From positions 2,752,001 to 2,816,000 of the forward strand of contig OY970223.1 of the NCBI GenBank assembly GCA_963714015.1: a DNA stretch of 64,000 nucleotides, written 5' to 3'. This stretch comes from Vulcanimicrobiota bacterium. GTDB taxonomy: Bacteria; Vulcanimicrobiota; Vulcanimicrobiia; Vulcanimicrobiales; Vulcanimicrobiaceae. Positions 1 through 10,556 of this stretch are shown here, piece by piece (position 1 is the stretch's first letter; the number at the start of each line of letters is the position of its first letter). A program made the translations under genes and the position numbers. Below the pieces are notes generated by a model that saw only the letters and a list, made by a program, of their open reading frames with translations, was not told where the DNA came from and did no database searches.

Positions 1-377
1 TACGCTTTTTCGCCGTCCGGGTCGCCGCTGGAATTCCACGCGCTTCCCCAAGACACCACATAGATTTTGGGGGCGGTTTGAATAGGACCGCCGTGATACG
101 TGAGAAGGGCGGTTCCGGTAGAGGGGGCCGTGCCGGTATAAAGCTCGTCACCGACGCCGCCGCCCGTTTCGATCACCTTGGTGTAAAACATCACGGCTAG
201 ACTGCCGTCGGGGTTCACGATGGTGCGGGGAACGTAGAGAAGCTTGCCGCCGTGGCCGGACCCCCCGGCGTTGTCCGATGCCGGCGCTGCCGGAATCGAG
301 GCTCCCGTACCGCCTCCACATGCGGTCAAGAGCGAGGCTACTAAGGCTAAGGCCGATAGCTTCGTAGCGCTGTGCAT
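1..377 (-). CDS. Lipoprotein with probable Phi-1/EXORDIUM-like domain (partial, runs off the window start; absent from the ORF track)
   Basis: Manual translation from ATG at 377: MHSATKLSALALVASLLTACGGGTG...LLTYHGGPIQTAPKIYVVSWGSAW. Lipobox LTAC, GGAGG upstream, no stop before position 1. Confidence 0.75.
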   Translation of the reverse strand, partial: MHSATKLSALALVASLLTACGGGTGASIPAAPASDNAGGSGHGGKLLYVPRTIVNPDGSLAVMFYTKVIETGGGVGDELYTGTAPSTGTALLTYHGGPIQTAPKIYVVSWGSAWNSSGDPDGEKA

Positions 378-546
378 ACTTTCGATAGCCCTCCATTGCT
401 GTTGATGCAGCAAAGACTGCAGCGACTAAGGTCGCTACCGAAACATTATGCAAGAGCGAACGCAATTTTTATAGAGTTAATGTACGGCAAAGAACCGAAA
501 GTTCAGCTGCAGGTTTACACTTGCCTGCTAAGCGGGCATCCAGGCA

Positions 547-888
547 CTAACCGGGGGGCCATTGCATGCCTCTTCCTGCGAGCACATGAACGTGCAAATG
601 GTCGACCGTCTGACCTCCGTCGCGCCCCGTGTTGATCACGGCTCGAAAACCTTCAGGCCCCCGCGTACTGCCGATTTCGGCCACGATGTGCATGAGCATG
701 GCGACGATCGGCGCCTCCGCGGTCGAGGTGAACTCCGCCACGTTCTGGACATGTCGCACCGGCATTACCAGCACGTGCTCGGGCGCCTGAGGATTGACGT
801 CGCGGATGGCGACGACATGCTCGTTCCGATACACGAACTGCGCCGGAATCTCGCCACCAATGATTTTGCAAAAGATACAGTCGCTCAA
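547..888 (-). CDS. hinT: HIT (histidine triad) nucleotide-binding protein
   Basis: DCIFCKII N-terminus, HLHVHVLAGR triad, WPPG C-terminus. Confidence 0.93.
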   Translation of the reverse strand: MSDCIFCKIIGGEIPAQFVYRNEHVVAIRDVNPQAPEHVLVMPVRHVQNVAEFTSTAEAPIVAMLMHIVAEIGSTRGPEGFRAVINTGRDGGQTVDHLHVHVLAGRGMQWPPG

Positions 889-891
889 TCC

Positions 892-2409
892 TCACCTCTT
901 GATGTAAAACGTCCATTCTTTGACCACCGAGTTCCCCGCTTCGTCCGCTACGCTTACCTCCACACGCATTGCGCCGTCCGGATAATCGACGCCGGGGGAA
1001 TAGTCGATGAAACGTTCGGTGCGCATTGCGCTCGACGTCACGTCGTGTCCATTTACCACGAGCCGTTCGCTGGAGGCGTTCACCGGAACCGTACCGGCGG
1101 CAAACGTGGCATAAATGCTCGGGCGCGAAGAGTTCACGGTCGCGCCGCTGTCCGGCGCAAAATCGCTGACGCCCGGCGCTTCGGTCGAAACCGAGACCGT
1201 TGCATGCGACTCTGCGGGCGAGGCGTCGGTACCATGCACGTTCAGATGCGCGAAGATCGGAGCGTTAGCGAAGTTCTGACCGCGGCGGATGACATACGAG
1301 CCCGAGTACACTCCAGGCTCCGATTCGGTAAAGGTCAGGTTGGTAATGTACGGTCCGATGTCGTAGCCGCCGAAGCCGCCGGGCGTTCCGTGCATCGTTA
1401 CCGTCAGCGTGTCGCCGGCTCGCAATGGACGCGCAGGTTCGACGTCGATGCGGGTGATTGCCACGGCGCTGGCCGCTGCGGAGTCGCCTGCAGATTTCCG
1501 AGTCGCTACAATCTCACGGACCTCGGAGCTGTCGATGTTGTAGCGCACCATGACGTCGTCGCCGACGCGTATCTGATCGATCGTTGCGGCCGCGCCGTTC
1601 AGCGTAATCGTCGTCGCGCGGCTGGGCGCCACCACGTGACCGTCACCCAGGATCAGCTCGCCGGATCCGGCGGCAGCGACACTTCCGGTGCGGGAGCCGT
1701 AAGCATCGACGATATGCTTGACGTTGCCGTGCTTGTCCATCGATACTTGGGCGTAGTCGCCGACGTGCACTTCGCTCAAGTCGCCGCCGTTGCTTGTGCC
1801 GGTATCGACGTCCTGAACCATTACGGTCACGTTCGGATCGATCGTAAGCGTGCGCACCGAGGCGTTATAAGTGATCGTCAGCGTCGCGGGCGCCGAATTG
1901 ACGTCGATCGCGCTGATCGTGCCCATCTCCTCGACGCCGCCGTCCACGTTCACGATGCCGTTACCGCTGCGGCCTACGAGCGTGGAGATGATCTCGACGC
2001 TGTTCGTCTGACGGTCGAAAACGGCTTGCGCACCGAGCGCGTCTGTGTAAAAACGGAGCGGTGCATAAAGCGCGTTCTTGATCTCGACCGGCGCGGCGTC
2101 CAGTTCCACGGGCTGCGAATCCACGCTCGCCGTAAGGCTGCCGATCGTGAGGATAATCGTCTTTGCGCCGGCGTAGGTTCGGACGTAGCGCCCTTGTTTG
2201 TCGAAGGCAAGGCCGAGCGCGCTCAAGACGCGGCGAACCGGCACGAGCAAGTGATAGTGAAAGAAGACCGGCGCCGGATTGACGGCGAGGCGCTGTCCGT
2301 TCAGCACGAGCGCAATCGGCAAAACTTGCTTGCCGACTTTTTTCGGTTTGTGCGGCGCGGCCGCTCCAACCGCGAGCAGGCACAACAGCGCGGCAACCAG
2401 ACGTTTCAC
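892..2409 (-). CDS. Secreted protein with copper amine oxidase N-terminal (stalk) domain and Ig-like C-terminal region
   Basis: Signal peptide; LVPVRRVLSALG and LYAPLRFYTDALGA stalk motifs; C-terminal VSVADEAGN motif. Confidence 0.8.
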   Translation of the reverse strand: MKRLVAALLCLLAVGAAAPHKPKKVGKQVLPIALVLNGQRLAVNPAPVFFHYHLLVPVRRVLSALGLAFDKQGRYVRTYAGAKTIILTIGSLTASVDSQPVELDAAPVEIKNALYAPLRFYTDALGAQAVFDRQTNSVEIISTLVGRSGNGIVNVDGGVEEMGTISAIDVNSAPATLTITYNASVRTLTIDPNVTVMVQDVDTGTSNGGDLSEVHVGDYAQVSMDKHGNVKHIVDAYGSRTGSVAAAGSGELILGDGHVVAPSRATTITLNGAAATIDQIRVGDDVMVRYNIDSSEVREIVATRKSAGDSAAASAVAITRIDVEPARPLRAGDTLTVTMHGTPGGFGGYDIGPYITNLTFTESEPGVYSGSYVIRRGQNFANAPIFAHLNVHGTDASPAESHATVSVSTEAPGVSDFAPDSGATVNSSRPSIYATFAAGTVPVNASSERLVVNGHDVTSSAMRTERFIDYSPGVDYPDGAMRVEVSVADEAGNSVVKEWTFYIKR

Positions 2410-3422
2410 CGGACCTCCACGATCTCACGGTATACGGCCGCCGTCGCTTGGGCGCAGCGATCCCAAGTCAGCGTTGCGGCGCGCGCACGCGCTTCATTGA
2501 CGAGCCGTAACCGAAGACCCTCGTTCTGCAGAATCTGCAGCATGCACGCGCGTGCCTCAGCTGCGTCTCTCGCGCGGAACGTCAAAGCGGCATCGCGCAA
2601 CTCGCCCGGTATCGCGTCGTCGCAGGCGATTACCGCAGTTCCCGAGCCCATTGCCTCGACCATCGGCAGGCCGAACCCTTCGCACAGGGCCGGGTGAACC
2701 AGCGCAACTGCGCCGGCATAGTAGGCGGCCAAGCTCTCCGGCGGCACCTCGCCAAGGACGACGAACGTACCGGCCATTCGGTGCGGCCGGTTCGCTCCAA
2801 AGTCGTCGGGACCGGTGACATAGAGGTCAATGGCGAGATCGCCCGGCAGCGCTTCCCAGGCCTTGAAGAGCGTCTGCAGATCCTTATGCTCCCGGTGATT
2901 GCCGGCATAAATGAAATACGGCCGCTCGGCGCGGTACGGCGCAGTGGTCTTGAGGAACACTTCGTCGACCCCGAGCGGGATCACGCGCACTTTTTCCGCA
3001 TCGACGCCGAGAAATCGCTGCAAGTCGGAAACCGTCCGTTCGTCGTCGGTGATCACGCGTGTCGCGCGCGCGCAAACGAGACGCACGACGGTCTGGTAAT
3101 ACGGCCGCACTTTCGACTTGAAGTATTGCGGAAAACGCAGATGAATCAAATCGTGAATGGTGACGGCGTAGGGCCTCGGTGCAAAGGCCGGCGTATACAG
3201 TGAGAGAAAATGCGTTAAATCGACGCGCGCGCCGCGTATGGCAGCGGGCAGCCGGATCTGTTCCTCGACTCCGAAGTTTGGGCCCTCGCGAAAGATAGCG
3301 AACTCCATGTCCGGCGCAACTCGCGGCAAACGCTCCGCAAGCTCGCGCGCATACGCTTTCATGCCGATGGACATCTGCCGCGTCAGCCTCGCGTCCAGCG
3401 CGACTTTCGGCTTATGGTTCAC
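2406..3422 (-). CDS. Glycosyltransferase family 4 (GT-B)
   Basis: VTIHDLIH, HKDL, EGFGLPMVEAM (ExFGx6E) and TWDRCA motifs. Confidence 0.92.
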   Translation of the reverse strand: MNHKPKVALDARLTRQMSIGMKAYARELAERLPRVAPDMEFAIFREGPNFGVEEQIRLPAAIRGARVDLTHFLSLYTPAFAPRPYAVTIHDLIHLRFPQYFKSKVRPYYQTVVRLVCARATRVITDDERTVSDLQRFLGVDAEKVRVIPLGVDEVFLKTTAPYRAERPYFIYAGNHREHKDLQTLFKAWEALPGDLAIDLYVTGPDDFGANRPHRMAGTFVVLGEVPPESLAAYYAGAVALVHPALCEGFGLPMVEAMGSGTAVIACDDAIPGELRDAALTFRARDAAEARACMLQILQNEGLRLRLVNEARARAATLTWDRCAQATAAVYREIVEVR

Positions 3423-3437
3423 GAACCGTTCCGTCGC

Positions 3438-5819
<2,382 letters not shown>

Positions 5820-5830
5820 CTCGGGATTAT

Positions 5831-6739
5831 CTAATTCCGCAGGCGCTCTCTTCCCGCCTTCACGTAGAGGTAGCGTTCGAGGCCTGCGTAGTCATGCCGG
5901 ACTTCTATGCGAGCATCGGGCAAGGCGGCCGCCGCAAGCTCCTTGAGGCGCGCAATAGTCGGCGGCGCCGCTTCCATTAAGAGCAGCGCGCCCGGACGCA
6001 TCATCTGCGGAGCGCGAGCGAGCAACTTGCGATACTGGTCGAGCCCGTCCCGCCCCCCGTCGAGCGCAATGCGCGGCTCGAAACCCGCGCCTTCCGGCGG
6101 CTGCGGCACGTCGGCGGCAGGGATGTACGGGAGGTTTGCGGCGATCACGTCGTAGCTCTTGGAGTCGGTCGGTTTGACGACGTCGGCGACGTAGAACTTA
6201 CAGCGGTTGTGCACGTTCAAACGGCGCGCATTGTATTCGGCCACTTTTAGCGCCGAGGCGCTGATGTCGCTGCCTTCGACGATCGCGCCCGGGACTTCAG
6301 CGGCGATCGTGCACGCGATCGCTCCGCTGCCGACGCCGGCTTCGAACACGGTGAATATCGGCTTTGGCGGCGGAGGCCCCGATTCGATCCGTGCGCGCAA
6401 ATAATCGACGGCTTCCTCCACCAGATGCTCGGTTTCCGGACGCGGAATGAGCACGTGTTCGTTCACGGCGAACTCGCGCCCGAAAAATCCGGCGAAACCG
6501 GTAATATACGCAACGGGAATGCCGCTCGCCCGACGGTCGCACAGCGCCAGGTATTTATCGGCTTGGGCTCGGCTCAGAAACGCTTCCCCGTGGCTGATCA
6601 GCCACGCGCGATCGCGTCCCAAAGTAAACGCCAGCAGCAACTGCGCGTCATTACGCGCGCCGGTTATGGATTCGGTCAACAGCTCGGTTCCGCGCGCGAG
6701 CGTGTCGCTCACGGTTTGCGGGTTGTAGCCGGAGATCAT
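5831..6739 (-). CDS. prmC: Release factor glutamine methyltransferase
   Basis: LIPRPETE, GxGSGAIA, NLPY (NPPY variant), EPRIALDGG; directly downstream of prfA. Confidence 0.93.
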   Translation of the reverse strand: MISGYNPQTVSDTLARGTELLTESITGARNDAQLLLAFTLGRDRAWLISHGEAFLSRAQADKYLALCDRRASGIPVAYITGFAGFFGREFAVNEHVLIPRPETEHLVEEAVDYLRARIESGPPPPKPIFTVFEAGVGSGAIACTIAAEVPGAIVEGSDISASALKVAEYNARRLNVHNRCKFYVADVVKPTDSKSYDVIAANLPYIPAADVPQPPEGAGFEPRIALDGGRDGLDQYRKLLARAPQMMRPGALLLMEAAPPTIARLKELAAAALPDARIEVRHDYAGLERYLYVKAGRERLRN

Positions 6740-7824
6740 GCGGCCGGCTCTTCGCCGGCGAGCGCCCGCGCGCGCTCGTCCTTGAGCAATTCTTCCACGA
6801 TGTGTCCCATGTCGCCGTCCATGACGCCTCTTATGTTTCCGAAATTTTGATCGATGCGGTGATCGCTGATGCGGTCTTGCGGATAGTTGTACGTGCGAAT
6901 TTTCTCGGAACGATCGCCCGTGCCGACTTGACTGCGCCGCATGCTCCCCACAACCTCTTCGGCTTCCCGCCGCTTGCGATCGTACAGCATCGCCCTCAGC
7001 ATCTCCATCGCTTTGGCGCGGTTTTGGTTCTGCGAGCGCTCCTGCTGCGAGGCGACCACGATACCGCTGGGCACGTGGGTAATGCGAATTGCCGATTCCG
7101 TTTTGTTGACGTGCTGGCCGCCCGCCCCGCTCGCCTTGTACGTATCGATCTGAAGATCGACGGAATTGATCTCCACGTCGATGTTCTCCTCGACTTGCGG
7201 AAGAACCGCGACCGTTGCGGTGCTCGTGTGAACGCGTCCCTGCGATTCGGTAGCCGGCACCCGCTGCACGCGATGCACGCCGGACTCGTGTTTGAAATGC
7301 CGGTACGGCGAATTGTTTTTCACTGCAAAGACGATTTCCTTATATCCGCCCGCGTCGCTCTCGTTCTCTGAAACGAGTTCGACCTTCATTCGCTCGCGTT
7401 CGGCATAGCGCATGTACATGCGCGCGAGATCACCCGCAAAGATGGCGGCCTCGTCGCCGCCGGCCCCCGCCCGGATCTCGATGAACACGTCTTTTTCATC
7501 GTCCGGATCCTTGGGAATCATGAGCAGTTGCAGTTGCTCGAGGATCTGCGCGCTGCGTTCGCGCAGCGTCTTGGCTTCTTCTTCGGCCAGCTCGTGGAGT
7601 TCCGGATCGCTGCGGTCCTTGAGCAGCGCCTCGTTAGCTGCAATCTCTTGGAGCGTCTTTTTGTACCGGCGGTACACCGAGACCGTTTCCTCGATCGCCG
7701 CCCGCTCCTTTACGAGCGCGGTATAGCGAGCTTGGTCGAAGGTGTGTGAAGGGTGCGCGAGAGCAGCCTCGATCTCGTCAAAGCGTTTAGCGACCGTCTC
7801 GAGCCTGTCGAAAAATTTGCTCAC
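6736..7824 (-). CDS. prfA: Peptide chain release factor 1
   Basis: VPATESQGRVHTS (PAT motif), SGAGGQHVNKT (GGQ), DRSEKIRTYN; GTG start at 7824 inferred. Confidence 0.96.
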   Translation of the reverse strand: MSKFFDRLETVAKRFDEIEAALAHPSHTFDQARYTALVKERAAIEETVSVYRRYKKTLQEIAANEALLKDRSDPELHELAEEEAKTLRERSAQILEQLQLLMIPKDPDDEKDVFIEIRAGAGGDEAAIFAGDLARMYMRYAERERMKVELVSENESDAGGYKEIVFAVKNNSPYRHFKHESGVHRVQRVPATESQGRVHTSTATVAVLPQVEENIDVEINSVDLQIDTYKASGAGGQHVNKTESAIRITHVPSGIVVASQQERSQNQNRAKAMEMLRAMLYDRKRREAEEVVGSMRRSQVGTGDRSEKIRTYNYPQDRISDHRIDQNFGNIRGVMDGDMGHIVEELLKDERARALAGEEPAA

Positions 7825-7828
7825 GTTG

Positions 7829-8063
7829 AAAAGGCGCTTCGCCCTAGGCTCCGCGCCCCCCATGCTGAAGCATGGGGCCCCCCGGCCATAGCGCGCGCAT
7901 GCACGCTGCCATTGCGAAGCCTCCCCGAGGGCGCGCTAAACAAAGTGACAATCCAAAAGGCGCTTCGCCCTAGGCTCCGCGCCCCCCATGCTGAAGCATG
8001 GGGCCCCCCGGCCATAGCGCGCGCATGCACGCTGCCATTGCGAAGCCTCCCCGAGGGCGCGCT
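7829..8063. repeat. Two identical 109-bp copies (7829-7937 and 7955-8063), period 126 bp, 17-bp AT-rich spacer; structured REP/MITE-like element
   Basis: Direct sequence comparison; internal palindrome CCCCATGCT-GA-AGCATGGGG and complementary ends. Confidence 0.95.
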
Positions 8064-8111
8064 GGATAAGATTCGTAATTTAAGGCTAAACATAGATTTC
8101 AATCTGCAGAT

Positions 8112-8150
8112 AAAAAAGAAAACGAGCCCCAAAGCGGGGCCCGCTTTCTC
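8112..8150 (-). terminator. Rho-independent terminator after rpmE
   Basis: Minus strand GAGAAAGCGGGCCCC-GCTTT-GGGGCTCGTTTTCTT followed by a T run, starting 13 nt after the rpmE stop. Confidence 0.8.
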
Positions 8151-8162
8151 AATCCGGTGCAG

Positions 8163-8429
8163 TTAAGCTTCGGCTTTGGCTGCTTCGCGCTTGGCTCTGC
8201 GAACCGCGGCTTCTTGCTGTTTCTGCTTGGCGATCTCTTCGCGCTGACGGAACTTGTCTACGCGGCCCGCCGTGTCGACGAATTTCTGCTGTCCGGTGAA
8301 GAGCGGATGGCATGCCGAGCAAATCTCAACCCCGATCTCCGGCATGGTCGACCCGGTCGTGAACGTATTGCCGCAGGCGCAGTGCACGCGGGCTTCGGGG
8401 AACCACTTGGGATGAATCTTCTCTTTCAC
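8163..8429 (-). CDS. rpmE: 50S ribosomal protein L31, zinc-binding type
   Basis: MKEKIHP, CACG...[16 protein letters not shown]. Confidence 0.97.
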   Translation of the reverse strand: MKEKIHPKWFPEARVHCACGNTFTTGSTMPEIGVEICSACHPLFTGQQKFVDTAGRVDKFRQREEIAKQKQQEAAVRRAKREAAKAEA

Positions 8430-8438
8430 AGCCTGTCC

Positions 8439-8447
8439 ATTATAACA
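8439..8447 (-). promoter_or_regulatory. Extended -10 promoter element (TGTTATAAT) of rpmE
   Basis: Perfect TGnTATAAT 9 nt upstream of the GTG start. Confidence 0.65.
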
Positions 8448-8462
8448 GCGGTGGCAAGGGGG

Positions 8463-10556
8463 TTAGGGAACGCTCTGTCCCGTCACGGCTTGGATGAGAT
8501 GACCGGCAAAAGGAACGCCGACGCCGGTCACTTCGTCATAGCCGGCGCCCGCCACGTAGCCCGGGACGGGCGTCGCGAACGGGTTGGGCGTGTTGAGCGC
8601 ACCGGGTCCCGGGCTGTCCGGGTTCTGGCCGTAGACCACGTCGTAGAACACGTCGGGATAAGGAAGGGCAGCGGGCGCCAACCCGCCCGTATGCTTCTGC
8701 GCATAGATGCCGTAGAGCAAGGGCGCGGCGTTGCCCAGCCGATAGGGATGGCCGCCCGGCGCCGTGGCGCAGGAGGGCGTCTTCGAGCATGCTTCCAGCA
8801 CCAGCGCCCACATTGCCGCCATCTGCGGTGCAGCGACGCTGGTTCCGCCGATGTCCTCCGGACCGCCCCCGAACTGCGAGTTGACCTCGACCGTCACGCC
8901 GGTGTTCGGGTCGGCCAGCATCGCGGCGTCCGGAACCTCGCGCGTCGCCGCACCCGTCGAGGAATGCTGCGCCGCGATGGGCGGAAATATCGTCGATGGC
9001 CCGCCGCCCGATCCGCTGTGCCCGAGCACGCCCAGATTGTCCGGGGTTGTGGTCCCCCAAGTGGTCATCGGGGCCGTCATGCGGCCGAACTCGTCGAGGG
9101 GCGCAGTGACGCCGCCCACCGACGTGACCGACGGATCGCTTGCGGGATACTCTACGCAAGCACGCTGCGTGTTGACGAAGCATCCGGCGGCACCGTTGTC
9201 GCCGGAAGAGACAAAAACGGCAATGCCTTCCGCAGCCAGGGCGGCGAACTCTTCGGGCCCATAGCCCGCGCCTGTCGCGTCGTAGTACGCGCCGATCTCC
9301 TCGGGTTCACCGGCGCCCCAGCTAATCGAGACGACGTCGGCGGCGTCGTCCGCGATCGCCTGTTGAATCTCAGGATCCGCTTCCACCAAACCGATTTGCG
9401 GCGCACCGTAGTTGCCGTTCGGGTTGGGAGTAGCGGGCGCGGGCGGCGGCGTAGCGCACGGATTCGGAAAGAACGTCGGACAGTCCGAGGCATTGTATGC
9501 AAGATAAAAGAGCACGTTCGAGCCGGGTGCAAGTGTCGCGGTTTGCTGCGTGTCCAGTTGCGCTTCGACGTCCTCCGGATTGCATTTCGGCAGCGAACCG
9601 TTACAGTCCGGAGCCGTCACGGGCGGGGGAGACTGAAATCCCGCGGAGTACGGAAACTCTTGGGGATTCGGTGCCGGAAAATTCGGCGAAGGCGAGGCCG
9701 GCGCAGCCGTGGGGATGCCCGAAATCCCAAGTCCGGCAGCGACGCCGCTGGGCGTGACGGCGGCGATCGAAATCGGCGCCACTCTGGCGTGATAGAGCGC
9801 TCCGAGAGCCGCCGCGTCGGCGTCATGATTACTGACGACGTCGATCGGGCCGGTTCCGATGATACCGATCTTGATTCCGCTCCCGTCCAGAGGCGTTCCA
9901 CCAATCGACGTGCCGTACGCGCCTGTGAAATCGAACGCGGTCTGCACTTGCTCGGGCGCGTAACCGCCGAAAACACCGCTTCCGATGCGCGGAGGCGTGA
10001 CGATGAAGCGGCGGTTCAAATTCAGGCCGACCAAGTTGCCGACGGCGGTAACCGGCACCGCCGCGGGAATGTGCGGGGCACTCATCGGCGCGATGAATTG
10101 CCGGCCATTCTTTTCGTACACGCCGAAACGAGTGCCGAATGCGCGTTCCATCGCGCTCTGCGAACCTGCCACGGCCAGCGTCAGGCGCTGCGGCCAGCCC
10201 GCGGCTTGCAACCCTTGGGACGCGAAGTAGTGCGCGGCTGCATCGTAATCTTGCTGCGATGCGCCGAAACGTGCGGCGATTTGCTGCGGTGTGAGAAATT
10301 GCCGGTACAACGGCGAGGCCGGATCGCTCACCTCACGCGCGTATTGAATCAATGCGGTTGCGCTCTGCTGACGCACGAGCACGTTGACTTGCATGTATCC
10401 CGAATCAGCCGGACCCAGCAGCTGCGCACCGGAGAGGCGCTCTTGGCCCCACTCCAAACCGTTCGCGGGACCGGCGGGAATCGTCGATCCGCCTCCGCAT
10501 CCGCCTAGAATCGCGACGGCAAATACGGCGCCGATCAATTGCGCGTTAAACTTCAT
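8463..10556 (-). CDS. S53 (sedolisin/kumamolisin-like) peptidase lipoprotein with activation prodomain
   Basis: Lipobox LGGC; prodomain SPLYRQFLTPQQIAARFG; catalytic EAQLD, SSGDNG and GGTSVAAP; C-terminal GYDEVTGVGVP. Confidence 0.92.
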   Translation of the reverse strand: MKFNAQLIGAVFAVAILGGCGGGSTIPAGPANGLEWGQERLSGAQLLGPADSGYMQVNVLVRQQSATALIQYAREVSDPASPLYRQFLTPQQIAARFGASQQDYDAAAHYFASQGLQAAGWPQRLTLAVAGSQSAMERAFGTRFGVYEKNGRQFIAPMSAPHIPAAVPVTAVGNLVGLNLNRRFIVTPPRIGSGVFGGYAPEQVQTAFDFTGAYGTSIGGTPLDGSGIKIGIIGTGPIDVVSNHDADAAALGALYHARVAPISIAAVTPSGVAAGLGISGIPTAAPASPSPNFPAPNPQEFPYSAGFQSPPPVTAPDCNGSLPKCNPEDVEAQLDTQQTATLAPGSNVLFYLAYNASDCPTFFPNPCATPPPAPATPNPNGNYGAPQIGLVEADPEIQQAIADDAADVVSISWGAGEPEEIGAYYDATGAGYGPEEFAALAAEGIAVFVSSGDNGAAGCFVNTQRACVEYPASDPSVTSVGGVTAPLDEFGRMTAPMTTWGTTTPDNLGVLGHSGSGGGPSTIFPPIAAQHSSTGAATREVPDAAMLADPNTGVTVEVNSQFGGGPEDIGGTSVAAPQMAAMWALVLEACSKTPSCATAPGGHPYRLGNAAPLLYGIYAQKHTGGLAPAALPYPDVFYDVVYGQNPDSPGPGALNTPNPFATPVPGYVAGAGYDEVTGVGVPFAGHLIQAVTGQSVP

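Noticed and set aside
562..2697. 711-aa plus-strand ORF
   Set aside because: Antisense shadow of hinT, the stalk-domain gene and the GT4 gene; no motifs; typical of high-GC codon bias.
6736..7824. Programmed frameshift as in prfB
   Set aside because: The gene is RF1 (PAT motif) and has a continuous frame.
7829..8063. CRISPR array
   Set aside because: Only two units; the repeat (109 bp) is too long and the spacer (17 bp) too short; no cas genes.
8157..10508. 783-aa plus-strand ORF (likewise 4283-5800, 15710-16945 and 32773-33843)
   Set aside because: Antisense to well-supported genes, Arg-rich and without recognisable domains.
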